IMG/VR virus record: IMGVR_UViG_3300013829_000027
Location: 1 to 41,838 of that record
Source of the DNA: a virus
Lineage: Duplodnaviria; Caudoviricetes
Strand: one strand, 5' to 3'
DNA: 41,838 nt
In this document: positions 9,298-18,251 of the stretch, piece by piece
Position numbering within the stretch: the first letter of the stretch is position 1
Layout of the letters: every line of letters begins with the position of its first letter
Notes under the pieces: model-generated
What the model was told of the DNA's origin: nothing
The model's database searches: none
The model's input: the letters and a program-made list of their open reading frames with translations, nothing else
Program-made: the position numbers and the translations under genes

Positions 9298-10275
9298 ATG
9301 AGTACATTAACTATTACCCCTGAAGAACTGGCGAAATCTGCAGCGAAATTCCGCAAGGAACTGCTTATTATGTCGGTTATTGCATTGCAAAGCACATTGA
9401 AACATATGTCGCTTCGAACCGGTATCCGTTACAAGGAGACCGTTGGTGAAATGTCTGGTTCCATTGAAATGGGGCCGTACAGTGAAACTCGCAAAAACGA
9501 ATCCAATGTAAAAATCAATGGACGCGTTTTGGAAACATTCTTTGGTTCGGTTTGGGAACAGTTTTCACCAAACTCGGTATATAAATCCATTTATGGTGAT
9601 AGCATTGTTATCGGTGAAGGATTGAAAAACGTTCCTATCGCAAAAGCCGTACTTGCTTTCTTGATGAAAAAATTATCGGGAACGCTCAACAAAAATATTT
9701 GGGGAGCCATACGTAACGATAGTGGAAACACAACTGCTGATCTGTTCAATGGTTTTGATACTATTACAGAGACTGAGATCACTGCCGGAAATATTGCTGT
9801 TGCTAAAAAAAACTTATATGAGTTTACGGCATCGATTGATGCTACAAATGCAGTTGATTTATTGAAAGCTTTTTACCGCGCAGCAACCGACGAATTGCAA
9901 GGAGACGGTGACGAAACCGTGAAACTGAAATTGTTTATGCCAAAAAGCATCTACAACGCTTACGTTGACGATTATCAGGCTACCGTTGGAGCTGTTCCGT
10001 ACAACAAACAATTCAACAAAACTTTCCTCGAAGGAAGTAACGATTTGTGTGAGTTGGTTGCATTGCCAAATAAGAAAACTTCTCCTTATCTGCATCTTTC
10101 GCCAAAAACGAATATGCTGGTTGGAGTTGACCAGGAATCCGATACGGAAAAAATCACTATTGAGAAACATCATCCATTTTTATTGGATTTTGTTGCTGCT
10201 ATGTTCTTCGGGTGTCAATTCGAATCGATTTCACCCGAAAGGTTATTGGTTGGTAAACTTTTTGTAGCTCCGTAA
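9298..10275 (+). CDS. Major capsid protein
   Basis: 325 aa directly after the protease/scaffold; DLFNGFDT motif. Confidence 0.75.
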   Translation: MSTLTITPEELAKSAAKFRKELLIMSVIALQSTLKHMSLRTGIRYKETVGEMSGSIEMGPYSETRKNESNVKINGRVLETFFGSVWEQFSPNSVYKSIYGDSIVIGEGLKNVPIAKAVLAFLMKKLSGTLNKNIWGAIRNDSGNTTADLFNGFDTITETEITAGNIAVAKKNLYEFTASIDATNAVDLLKAFYRAATDELQGDGDETVKLKLFMPKSIYNAYVDDYQATVGAVPYNKQFNKTFLEGSNDLCELVALPNKKTSPYLHLSPKTNMLVGVDQESDTEKITIEKHHPFLLDFVAAMFFGCQFESISPERLLVGKLFVAP

Positions 10276-10277
10276 TT

Positions 10278-10859
10278 ATGGCAACAGAATGTATAGGACT
10301 TAGTCCACAGTCTTTAGATTGGTGTGAAGGCGCTGTTAACCTTCCTGGAATCCGCCGCGAAGTTTATGCAATTGCAAAACGTGATATTGTGTTGTGGCCT
10401 GAACGCAAGAACACATATACTACCGATATGAAAGAAATAGCTACCTTGGTGGGTTCTTTCACATTGGCAGAAACAAAAAAGTGGCAAAAAATCAGCGTGC
10501 TAGTTGATAGATCACCTGTGACCAGTGACCCGCAAGGAACGAAGCCTTCTAAATCATTCTTGAACAAGGCAACCTTTGTTCATCCTGGAGTGGAAGAAGA
10601 AGCTGCAGCTTTTTGCGCACTGGCCAACAACGATGACTATGTGTATATCGTTCAAACAAAAACTGGAAAATACCGTGTTATCGGAAACGAAATGTATCAA
10701 ACCGAAACAAATCCTTCTCAAAACCTTGGTGCAGAAGCTACCAGTGAGATGGGAACTACGCTGGAAGTTTCGGTGACCGATTCCATTCCTGCTCCGTTCT
10801 ACATTGGACAAATTGATACAGTTGACGGCATAATTAATCCTGACCCAGTTGTTCCTTAA
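10278..10859 (+). CDS. Probable major tail tube protein
   Basis: 193 aa, acidic and beta-rich, co-transcribed with the capsid and followed by a terminator. Confidence 0.55.
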   Translation: MATECIGLSPQSLDWCEGAVNLPGIRREVYAIAKRDIVLWPERKNTYTTDMKEIATLVGSFTLAETKKWQKISVLVDRSPVTSDPQGTKPSKSFLNKATFVHPGVEEEAAAFCALANNDDYVYIVQTKTGKYRVIGNEMYQTETNPSQNLGAEATSEMGTTLEVSVTDSIPAPFYIGQIDTVDGIINPDPVVP

Positions 10860-10884
10860 TGCTCTTTTTTTAATTTCTTGCTTG

Positions 10885-10914
10885 AAAGGCGGATCCAGTG
10901 CGGTTCCGCCTTTT
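10885..10914 (+). terminator. Intrinsic terminator
   Basis: AAAGGCGGA...TCCGCCTTT stem plus T-run. Confidence 0.8.
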
Positions 10915-10949
10915 GTCTTTTATAGGTAATTACATCTTAAGTATTTTTG
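10915..10949 (+). promoter_or_regulatory. Putative late promoter copy 2 (GTCTTTT-N20-TATTTTTG)
   Basis: Abuts the terminator; precedes the packaging module. Confidence 0.75.
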
Positions 10950-10983
10950 AAATACTTAATTTATTCAAAATAATTATTTGAAA

Positions 10984-11766
10984 ATGGAAAACTTAACTAA
11001 TGAAATTAAAAGAATTCTGGATCTTCCAGTGGAAGAAGTGAATATCACTGAAGCGGCAACACTATTACTTCGAATAAACAGGAATAAAATCTTGTTTAAT
11101 AATCTGATTCGCCGTAATTGGGTAGAAAAGGCATTATATGAACTGAAAAAGTATTATGATTTCAGAATGAAAGATCATTCCATCAAAGAAACCGCTGAAA
11201 TGGAAGTGGAAGTGAAAAGGGTGATTGAAAATAATCCTAAAATCACTCAGCCTGAAGATGAGAAGGAAGAATCACAAAAAGGAATGCGAGAAGATCATGA
11301 AAAGCTACCTGATGAAATTAAAGCTTTGTATGTTGAAAACCTGAACATTTTTCGGCGGATGAGAAAACTACATGAACAACTGAAGCTCATGAATGATCAA
11401 AAACCTTGTGATCGTTATCCGTTTCTCAAAGAAATGCTTGATTTAGACAATGAATTACGCGGAAACTGGCATTATTACGACACGTATGTTATTGGAACAC
11501 CAATAGCGAAACAGGAAAATATTGATGTCAAAAAAAACAATGTTACTGATCAAATCAATTCCGTTTTAGTTGCTGATCCTAAATTAGTTTCCGCTGCCCG
11601 GAAATATCTTTCAACAAATAAAGCTAAAGTTGTAAACCTAGAAGGTGAAGCCAGAGAGGCATTGCTGCAGAAAATGCAGGAAAGATATTCGTACCTGGTT
11701 GCAACTGAATCTGGTATTTCCGATGAACAAAAGGCAGAATATAAAGCGTTGGGGTTAAATGTTTAA
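10984..11766 (+). CDS. Conserved hypothetical phage protein
   Basis: GMREDHEKLPDEIKALY, PCDRYPFLKE; ATG at 10984. Confidence 0.7.
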   Translation: MENLTNEIKRILDLPVEEVNITEAATLLLRINRNKILFNNLIRRNWVEKALYELKKYYDFRMKDHSIKETAEMEVEVKRVIENNPKITQPEDEKEESQKGMREDHEKLPDEIKALYVENLNIFRRMRKLHEQLKLMNDQKPCDRYPFLKEMLDLDNELRGNWHYYDTYVIGTPIAKQENIDVKKNNVTDQINSVLVADPKLVSAARKYLSTNKAKVVNLEGEAREALLQKMQERYSYLVATESGISDEQKAEYKALGLNV

Positions 11767-12235
11767 GTTTGCCATTGAACAAATAAAGCCTGTATCGGAA
11801 AATCCTGTACAGGCTTTTTATACTGATAAATTTCAACTGTTTGATATTATTGAGGTAGTGTTGTCACAGGTAAACCATTGTAAACGGTTAACACTTACAA
11901 GTTTTTCAATCAGCGAAGAATTTGTAAGAAAAATATTCAGATTCCGGGAACAATTTGAGTTGAATAGCGTCGATTTGTTTCTTGACACCAAGGCGGCCAC
12001 GAAAGTAAGTAAATTGAACTTCTTTATCAAGAACACTTTTGATGAAGTGTACTTGACAAACAACCACGGCAAAGTTATACTTTTCGATTCTGATCCTTGC
12101 GTTTCCATTTGCACTTCGCAAAATCAAACTCGCGGGAATCGAAAAGAGTCACACATTATTTTAACTGATTTGGTATGCTTCAAAACCTTCTCGACATCTA
12201 TTCAGGAGATGAAACAGACGGCAGTGAAACTGTAA
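11759..12235 (+). CDS. Phospholipase D-like (HKD) nuclease-domain protein
   Basis: HGKVILFD = HxKxxxxD, followed by TSQNQTRGNRKE. Confidence 0.7.
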   Translation: MFKFAIEQIKPVSENPVQAFYTDKFQLFDIIEVVLSQVNHCKRLTLTSFSISEEFVRKIFRFREQFELNSVDLFLDTKAATKVSKLNFFIKNTFDEVYLTNNHGKVILFDSDPCVSICTSQNQTRGNRKESHIILTDLVCFKTFSTSIQEMKQTAVKL

Positions 12236-12504
12236 TCTTCGATCTTGAAAAATTGAAAGAGTTAGCCGGTGATCTATTGCCGATTGACATTATTGCAACG
12301 TTGCTTGATGCGGATGAATTGATATTACGTGAGTTTATTGCTGATAAACATTCGAAGATTTCGAAAGCTTATCACCTGGGTAAAGCCCAAACAATTGCAG
12401 CTATAAGAAAACAAGAAATTGAAATGGCGAAAGCGGGATCACCGTTCGCTATCGAAAATACTGCCGATTATATTATTGAACAATTTACTTCAGAAAATGG
12501 CTAA
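12175..12504 (+). CDS. Hypothetical protein (packaging module; start uncertain)
   Basis: ORF coupled to the next gene. Confidence 0.55.
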   Translation: MLQNLLDIYSGDETDGSETVIFDLEKLKELAGDLLPIDIIATLLDADELILREFIADKHSKISKAYHLGKAQTIAAIRKQEIEMAKAGSPFAIENTADYIIEQFTSENG

Positions 12505-13111
12505 ACCACAAACACTTGAATTATGCCGTGTTCATCTCTTCGATGATATCGACAAATTACGCGAAAATGCCATCTCTCAGCAAGGTATCAATCGCATTTT
12601 ACGCCTGAGAGCCGCATTCACGCTATGGAATAAATACCCGCGCAAGAAAGAAGCCGAAATAAGAGATTTTATCATGCGAGAATCCGGCGTGGAAAGAACA
12701 GCAGCTTACGAAGATATTCAGATACTAAAAACGTTGCTGGGTGATTTTGCTGAATCATCTAAAGAATTCCATCGCTTCAGGTTCAACGACATGATTGAAA
12801 ACGCTTACGCCATGGCCGAACGCAAACAAGATGCTAAAGCCATGTCTGCAGCCGCAGGAAACTACGCAAAATACAATCAACTTGATAAAGATGATGCTGT
12901 GAAAATACCTTGGGACGAAATTATACCACAACGTTTTGAACCGACTTCCGATCCTTCGGTTATTGGAATCAAACCGGTTGCCAATATCCGTGAGAAAATT
13001 GCAAACATGAAACGTAAATACATAAATGACATAGCTGAAGATATAGACTACGAAGAAGTTGACTTTAATGAATCAGAGTTTTTCAGAAATGAAGAAACAA
13101 ATATACTTTAA
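12497..13111 (+). CDS. Probable terminase small subunit
   Basis: Helical protein with HTH-like GVERTAAYEDI, immediately upstream of TerL. Confidence 0.55.
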   Translation: MAKPQTLELCRVHLFDDIDKLRENAISQQGINRILRLRAAFTLWNKYPRKKEAEIRDFIMRESGVERTAAYEDIQILKTLLGDFAESSKEFHRFRFNDMIENAYAMAERKQDAKAMSAAAGNYAKYNQLDKDDAVKIPWDEIIPQRFEPTSDPSVIGIKPVANIREKIANMKRKYINDIAEDIDYEEVDFNESEFFRNEETNIL

Positions 13112-14723
13112 TCCACCCCAACAGGAAGTTATGTTTACTGGTGCGCACACCGTTGTTTTCGTGGGTGGACGGCGCATCGGTAAAACGCACGGTGTTGCAG
13201 CTCCTTTTCTCTTGCGTAACATCCAAAGGATGCCGGGATCATCTGGTGCGTTTGTTGCCAGTACTTATAAACGTGCGCTTACAAACACTATCCCTGGAAC
13301 GCTCGCAGCGCTCGATTCGTGGGGATATAAACGTGATATTCATTATTTCATAGGGAAACGCCCACCAAAAGTTTCGGGCTTTAAAAGCCCACGTATTGAG
13401 CCAGCGGAATATGAATATGTGATATCATTCTATAACGGCTCAATTGTTTATATAATTTCTCAGGACCGCCCGGGAACATCCAACTCTCTCACGCTCGATT
13501 ATCTGATCTGTGATGAAGCGAAGTTTTTGGATTTCGAAAAGCTGAAAGATGAAACCTTTCCGGCCAACGGAGGTTATAAAGGCTATTTTGGAAATCGAAG
13601 TTATCATCACAGTCTGCTGATCATTTCCGATATGCCAACAACCAAGAAAGGTTCTTGGTTCTTGAGATATGAAGATAAAAGCGATCCTGAATTAGTTGAG
13701 ATAATTCAGGGAACTATTTTCGAAATATGGAAAACTAAAGATCGCATTCGCAAACTCACATCGGAAGATAAACCTATTCCGGACTATTTGAAATATTATC
13801 TCAAAAAACTTTACAAAGATTTGGCGGAACTTCGTTCAGTTTGTGTATATTACAAGGAATTTTCATCTATTGAGAATTTACTTGTTTTAGGTGAAAACTA
13901 CATTAAACAAATGAAGCGAGATCTACCTCCGCTTGTTTTCCAGACATCTATTCTTTGCAGGAAAACAGGTGTTCTGAAAGACGGATTCTACAATAATATG
14001 CGCGAAAACCTACATTACTATGTGGCTAACGATAACAGCTACTTAGACAGTCTAGAATATAAATTCGACAAAATTTCGGATGAATCCTCATTGCAGGATT
14101 CCGATATTGACAGGGATAGACCCATTTCCATAGGTATGGACTACAACGCAAACATTAACTGGATTGTGGCCGGACAGCAATACGGCAGGACGCTGAGAGT
14201 GCTCAAATCGTTTTACGTTAAGTATGAACGTAAGTTGCGTGAAGTTGCCCAGGACTTTTGTAAGTACTATCGTCATCATCGAAACAAGACAGTAATTTAT
14301 TACTATGATTCCACAGCCTTAGGATCTAATTACGCTGTTAATGATGAAGACTTCAGAACAGTTGTTAGTGATGAATTTGTAAAGCAGGGATGGACTGTCA
14401 AATCTATCCATATCGGTAATCCAATGCGACATTCAGAAAAATGGCTCCTCATTTCGGAGGGATTCGCCGGCAAGTCCGGATTAACTCCTATGCTTAACAG
14501 TAATAATAACGAAGAACTAATCCTGGCAATGGAACAGACAGGAGTTTATAAAGGTGCAGCAGGATTCAAGAAGGATAAACGTGGTGAGAAGCTTGCCGAA
14601 ACGGAAGAAGATAAATTAGAATATCGTACCGACGGCACTGATGCATTTGATACGCTTTATATCGGCTCCACCAAATTTCCACAAGCGGTATCGTCCATCC
14701 ATGTAACCAGCTCGTTCATGTAA
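13089..14723 (+). CDS. terL: Terminase large subunit
   Basis: Walker A GGRRIGKT, Walker B LICDEAK, nuclease IGMDYN and TDGTDAFD. Confidence 0.9.
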   Translation: MKKQIYFNPPQQEVMFTGAHTVVFVGGRRIGKTHGVAAPFLLRNIQRMPGSSGAFVASTYKRALTNTIPGTLAALDSWGYKRDIHYFIGKRPPKVSGFKSPRIEPAEYEYVISFYNGSIVYIISQDRPGTSNSLTLDYLICDEAKFLDFEKLKDETFPANGGYKGYFGNRSYHHSLLIISDMPTTKKGSWFLRYEDKSDPELVEIIQGTIFEIWKTKDRIRKLTSEDKPIPDYLKYYLKKLYKDLAELRSVCVYYKEFSSIENLLVLGENYIKQMKRDLPPLVFQTSILCRKTGVLKDGFYNNMRENLHYYVANDNSYLDSLEYKFDKISDESSLQDSDIDRDRPISIGMDYNANINWIVAGQQYGRTLRVLKSFYVKYERKLREVAQDFCKYYRHHRNKTVIYYYDSTALGSNYAVNDEDFRTVVSDEFVKQGWTVKSIHIGNPMRHSEKWLLISEGFAGKSGLTPMLNSNNNEELILAMEQTGVYKGAAGFKKDKRGEKLAETEEDKLEYRTDGTDAFDTLYIGSTKFPQAVSSIHVTSSFM

Positions 14724-14768
14724 TTACCTCGCTGGTAATATCGGTTAGTACATTGGTTTTTACCGTCC

Positions 14769-14795
14769 GCCCGACTCGCCGAGTTGGGCATTTTT
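14769..14795 (+). terminator. Intrinsic terminator after terL
   Basis: GCCCGACTC-GCC-GAGTTGGGC then ATTTTT. Confidence 0.7.
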
Positions 14796-15140
14796 CTATC
14801 ATATAAGGTGATTTTCGACGTTTGTTAACAAAAACCAAAAGCAGGGCGTTGAAGGAAAGCTCGACACAATAAGCGGAATATTTTCCGTTTATTGCTTGTT
14901 ATGTTATTGATATATTGATTTTTATATTCATTAAAAACGAATTATTTTAACCATACTTTAACATTTGTTTTGATTTTGTAAGGTAATGATTTGTTTTAAT
15001 GGCATTTAAGACATAAATTTTATTTTTTGATTTTTTTGTAGTCCTGTGTGTTAATATATGATTGAAAGCTAGTTTATTGATAAATTTTCACTGTTTGATT
15101 TAGCTCTGCTTAAATCACCTAAGTAAAACATTAAGATGCT

Positions 15141-15172
15141 ATTGCACAGGTGTTTATATTTTTGTATATTTG
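15141..15172 (+). promoter_or_regulatory. Host-type Bacteroidota promoter
   Basis: ATTG-N20-TATATTTG matches the -33/-7 consensus TTTG/TAnnTTTG. Confidence 0.6.
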
Positions 15173-15225
15173 TAAAAGTTAGGGAGTGAGACCCCTATTT
15201 TATTAACATTAAAAATTTATTTCTT

Positions 15226-15639
15226 ATGAGTAACGAAAAAAAAGAAGTTGCTAAAACTGCAACATTGCCGAAAAAGGCAGAATTGAAAAACGAAAGCGCA
15301 CAAACTGCAAATGCGCAAAGTGTTACAGAAATTTTAGAAGCCCAGTTAAAGGAGATTCAACGAAAAAAGAAACTGGCCGACAACAGAGTCTTTTTTATAG
15401 AAAAGAAAAAAGAACTCAAAGACTGCGTAAATGCGTTAAACGATGAGATCGCATCGGGTAGTTTTACAACAGACAGGTTTGTTTTGAAATTTGGAAGAAG
15501 AAATAGTTATCGAGATGATGAGCAAATTTTCACCATTTCAAACACCGATGTTTTGATAAAGTTTATTTTATCACTAAAGGAAGAAATTGACATGGCGGTT
15601 TCAAAAATTGAAAAAGAACTTTTGGCTAATTTAACTTAG
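15226..15639 (+). CDS. Hypothetical coiled-coil protein
   Basis: First ORF of the accessory island, with its own promoter. Confidence 0.75.
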   Translation: MSNEKKEVAKTATLPKKAELKNESAQTANAQSVTEILEAQLKEIQRKKKLADNRVFFIEKKKELKDCVNALNDEIASGSFTTDRFVLKFGRRNSYRDDEQIFTISNTDVLIKFILSLKEEIDMAVSKIEKELLANLT

Positions 15640-15646
15640 CAACGAG

Positions 15647-15682
15647 AAAGGCGGTGCTACTGTGAGACTGCACCGCCTTTTT
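15647..15682 (+). terminator. Terminator/attenuator hairpin
   Basis: AAAGGCGGTGC...GCACCGCCTTT followed by T-run. Confidence 0.7.
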
Positions 15683-15726
15683 AACATTAAATTTTTATTT
15701 CTAAAACTTAAAATCAGGACAAAGGT

Positions 15727-16083
15727 ATGAAAACAATTGAAAAAGAACAATCTAAAATACAAGAAAAACGCAATTTTTTGAAAGGATTATCACGCCCAAT
15801 TCAGCAATTAGTTAAAGAAGGAGCATTTCAAACAGTAAATGAAGGGCTAAAAGAGATTTACGCAGACGAAGGACATACGGAACTAAAATCGATTAACCAG
15901 TGGAACAAGTCAGGAAAGAAAGTAATAAAAGGCGAAAAGGCGCTTCTACTATGGGGAAAGCCAAAAACTGTTGAAGTAGTGAATGCTGACACATCAGAAA
16001 TTGATGAATTGGATTTTTTCCCGATTTGTTTTGTGTTTTCTAATTTACAGGTGATTGACAGAAAGGATGGTTCAGAAAAATGA
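15727..16083 (+). CDS. ArdC N-terminal ssDNA-binding-domain-like protein
   Basis: LKSINQWNKSGKKVIKGEKALLLW and C-terminal FVFSNLQV match the ArdC-N pattern; no protease domain. Confidence 0.7.
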   Translation: MKTIEKEQSKIQEKRNFLKGLSRPIQQLVKEGAFQTVNEGLKEIYADEGHTELKSINQWNKSGKKVIKGEKALLLWGKPKTVEVVNADTSEIDELDFFPICFVFSNLQVIDRKDGSEK

Positions 16084-16325
16084 CACGGGAAATAAAAGTA
16101 TGCGCCAAGTGGCAAGGTAGCAAGCAAGTGCCAGGCATCAACTTGCAAGGTATGTATTTACGTGATTTTGGTTTTGAACCAGGCGAACGGGTAAAAATTG
16201 AGTTTATGAAAAATGAAATTAAAATTAGAAAGTTAGATGCAAGCGATATTTTAGATATCTTACACACTCAAAATCCAAGTATGGAGAAACTTATCAAGGA
16301 GTTCGGTTTAGTGCTTGCAGATTAA
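16080..16325 (+). CDS. SymE-family (AbrB-fold) toxin-like protein
   Basis: VPGINLQGMYLRDFGFEPGERVKIEF matches the SymE pattern PxIxLxGxWLxxxGFxxGxxV. Confidence 0.75.
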   Translation: MTREIKVCAKWQGSKQVPGINLQGMYLRDFGFEPGERVKIEFMKNEIKIRKLDASDILDILHTQNPSMEKLIKEFGLVLAD

Positions 16326-16532
16326 TTTGTAAAGCTGACAAAGGGCATTCCGTCCTTTGCAGCGCTACTTTCTTGTATGGCGACGAAGAAAGTAGCAAAG
16401 AAACGCCTTCGGGTAAATCGTCAATTTTAGATTGCGATTTGTTTTGTTTGATTTTATATATGGTATGCGACTTTGTCAGTCGCATTTTTATTTATATTTG
16501 CAAAACTATTTAATTTTCAAAATTATATAATC

Positions 16533-16901
16533 ATGAAGAAAGTATTGTTTATTTTAGTTGCATTAACTATTAGCGCAGTATCTTACTCGCAGGAGTCTGA
16601 CCAGAAAAACGAAAATCAATACATTGAACAAAAAAAATATGTTTACTGTGAAATCATGGGCAGAGAGAAGCTACTTAGCTCGAAAGTAACTGTAGATATC
16701 GATTTTGGGCAGTCTGTTAGTTTCTGGGCGCCTGACAGGCGCTATAAGGACGAAAACGGGAAGGCAGTAACATTTAATTCAATGGTTGATGCTATGAACT
16801 TCATGGGGTCGCTTGGTTGGGAATTTGTTCAAGCCTATGTTGTTACCACTAATAACCAGAATGTTTACCACTGGTTGTTGAAGATGGAAATAAAAGAATA
16901 A
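16533..16901 (+). CDS. Secreted/periplasmic moron protein
   Basis: Signal peptide MKKVLFILVALTISAVSYS; TATATTTG -7 box at 16493-16500. Confidence 0.75.
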   Translation: MKKVLFILVALTISAVSYSQESDQKNENQYIEQKKYVYCEIMGREKLLSSKVTVDIDFGQSVSFWAPDRRYKDENGKAVTFNSMVDAMNFMGSLGWEFVQAYVVTTNNQNVYHWLLKMEIKE

Positions 16902-16920
16902 CATAGATAAAGTTTAATGT

Positions 16921-17148
16921 ATGGACATTATTGATTTTAAAAAGGCTAAAATGATTGATGATAAAATTAATTTTATCAATCGTGTTTTCGATTATTTAGA
17001 AGCTAATGACGGTAAGGTTTTTAGCGAATTAGAAGATTGTACAACTGAGGAAGCATTTTCCGAAATAAATGAAATTCTGAAAGAATCAATCCTTAGTATC
17101 TTGGAGCCAATAAGATCATCATATCAAAGAGAATTTGAATCAATTTAA
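16921..17148 (+). CDS. Hypothetical acidic protein
   Basis: ORF followed by a hairpin at 17171-17196. Confidence 0.6.
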   Translation: MDIIDFKKAKMIDDKINFINRVFDYLEANDGKVFSELEDCTTEEAFSEINEILKESILSILEPIRSSYQREFESI

Positions 17149-17198
17149 ATTCATATAAGAAAATAAATATAAAAGTTGGAAAATTTCCAGCTTTTTTC

Positions 17199-17229
17199 TT
17201 TGCCAATTAAAAAACATTTCTCACCTTTG
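17199..17229 (+). promoter_or_regulatory. Host-type promoter for the c4-like leader
   Basis: TTTG-N19-CACCTTTG. Confidence 0.55.
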
Positions 17230-17308
17230 TAATGTCTTACATACTCAAAGGCGGGATAAGCTCGCCATACCGGTGGGCATTTTTTATGTCCAGTCAATAA
17301 AAATATTT

Positions 17309-17382
17309 GGGTTTCGACCCCCGTGCGAAAGGTTAATGCCTTCGCTGCCTTTGAGGTGTAAGACAACGGGAAAGCGGAACCC
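17309..17382 (+). ncRNA. c4/CI-like structured antisense RNA
   Basis: Nested stems GGGTTTCG/CGGAACCC and CCCGT/ACGGG enclose two hairpins; TGTAAGAC is complementary to GTCTTACA at 17234 and 17417. Confidence 0.7.
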
Positions 17383-17426
17383 TTTTTTATTTCCGCAAAG
17401 TATAATTCATTTAAAAGTCTTACAAA

Positions 17427-17657
17427 ATGAAAAAAGCTTTAAATTTTGAAGTTCCACGGCGCACGGTTAAACCTTGCGGTTATGTGGCTGAAACAATGGG
17501 AAACGCATTTGCAACCTTGTTTGAAGGGCAGGACGTGAGTTGCGAGATGCAAACGGTGAACGAACGGGTTTACCTTACCTTTTGGGGAAACGGTATTATT
17601 GCAAAAGTAGAAATGGGTGAATTACCAATAGTTCCCGGGGAAAGGAGTGCGGTATGA
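17427..17657 (+). CDS. Hypothetical protein, first gene behind the c4-like RNA
   Basis: Antisense target GTCTTACA ends 2 nt before the ATG. Confidence 0.65.
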   Translation: MKKALNFEVPRRTVKPCGYVAETMGNAFATLFEGQDVSCEMQTVNERVYLTFWGNGIIAKVEMGELPIVPGERSAV

Positions 17658-17941
17658 AAGCAAAAGAGTTCTACGATCCAATCATGGTAGTCAATCCTTA
17701 TTCAGGAAAATTGGAAAATATTGAGCCCATTTTTAAATTGAAAGATTTGTTTGATGACAGTTATATTCAAATTGCTTTGACAATTGAAGATGCCATCAGA
17801 ATGCTTATTCTTTACGATGAAGAAGACAACAAGGATATTAACTGCTTTGTATCGAAAACACTGTTGTACAACATAAAAGATCAATTTACAAGAATGAGTG
17901 AGTGCGAAATAACCATTCCGAAGAAAGGAGGTAAAGTATGA
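17654..17941 (+). CDS. Hypothetical protein
   Basis: ATGA-coupled. Confidence 0.65.
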   Translation: MKAKEFYDPIMVVNPYSGKLENIEPIFKLKDLFDDSYIQIALTIEDAIRMLILYDEEDNKDINCFVSKTLLYNIKDQFTRMSECEITIPKKGGKV

Positions 17942-18192
17942 ACTTCTCAGATGAATGGAAAGTATTGATCCTGCAACGATGGGCCGGTGAATTTCCGCCT
18001 GCCTTGCGAGATGAAGCTGATATTGTTTTAAAAAGTAGCCAGGACATTGCAGATGATTTGAGTGGAGCCGGCAACTTTACTGCGGACGAAGTAAGCGCTT
18101 TTATGGCGGTGAATGGATATGGGATTGTTTTTGATGCCGGTTATCCGAAATGGATAATAAAAATTAATGAACAATTGATAATTGAAAAATAG
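17938..18192 (+). CDS. Hypothetical protein
   Basis: ATGA-coupled. Confidence 0.65.
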   Translation: MNFSDEWKVLILQRWAGEFPPALRDEADIVLKSSQDIADDLSGAGNFTADEVSAFMAVNGYGIVFDAGYPKWIIKINEQLIIEK

Positions 18193-18251
18193 AAAAAAAT
18201 TGCTTATCATTGTAATGATAACTTATTAATTCACATTAAAGTATTAATATT

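Noticed and set aside
15388-15422. Additional GTCTTTT hits (15388, also 34208)
   Set aside because: Intragenic and lack the TAnnTTTG box at the 20-nt spacing
17151-17366. Minus-strand 71-aa ORF
   Set aside because: Antisense to the structured RNA leader and promoter; no protein-like features
17309-17382. tRNA gene
   Set aside because: Cloverleaf-like but lacks a TTC T-loop, D-loop and anticodon arm; fits a c4/CI-like RNA better
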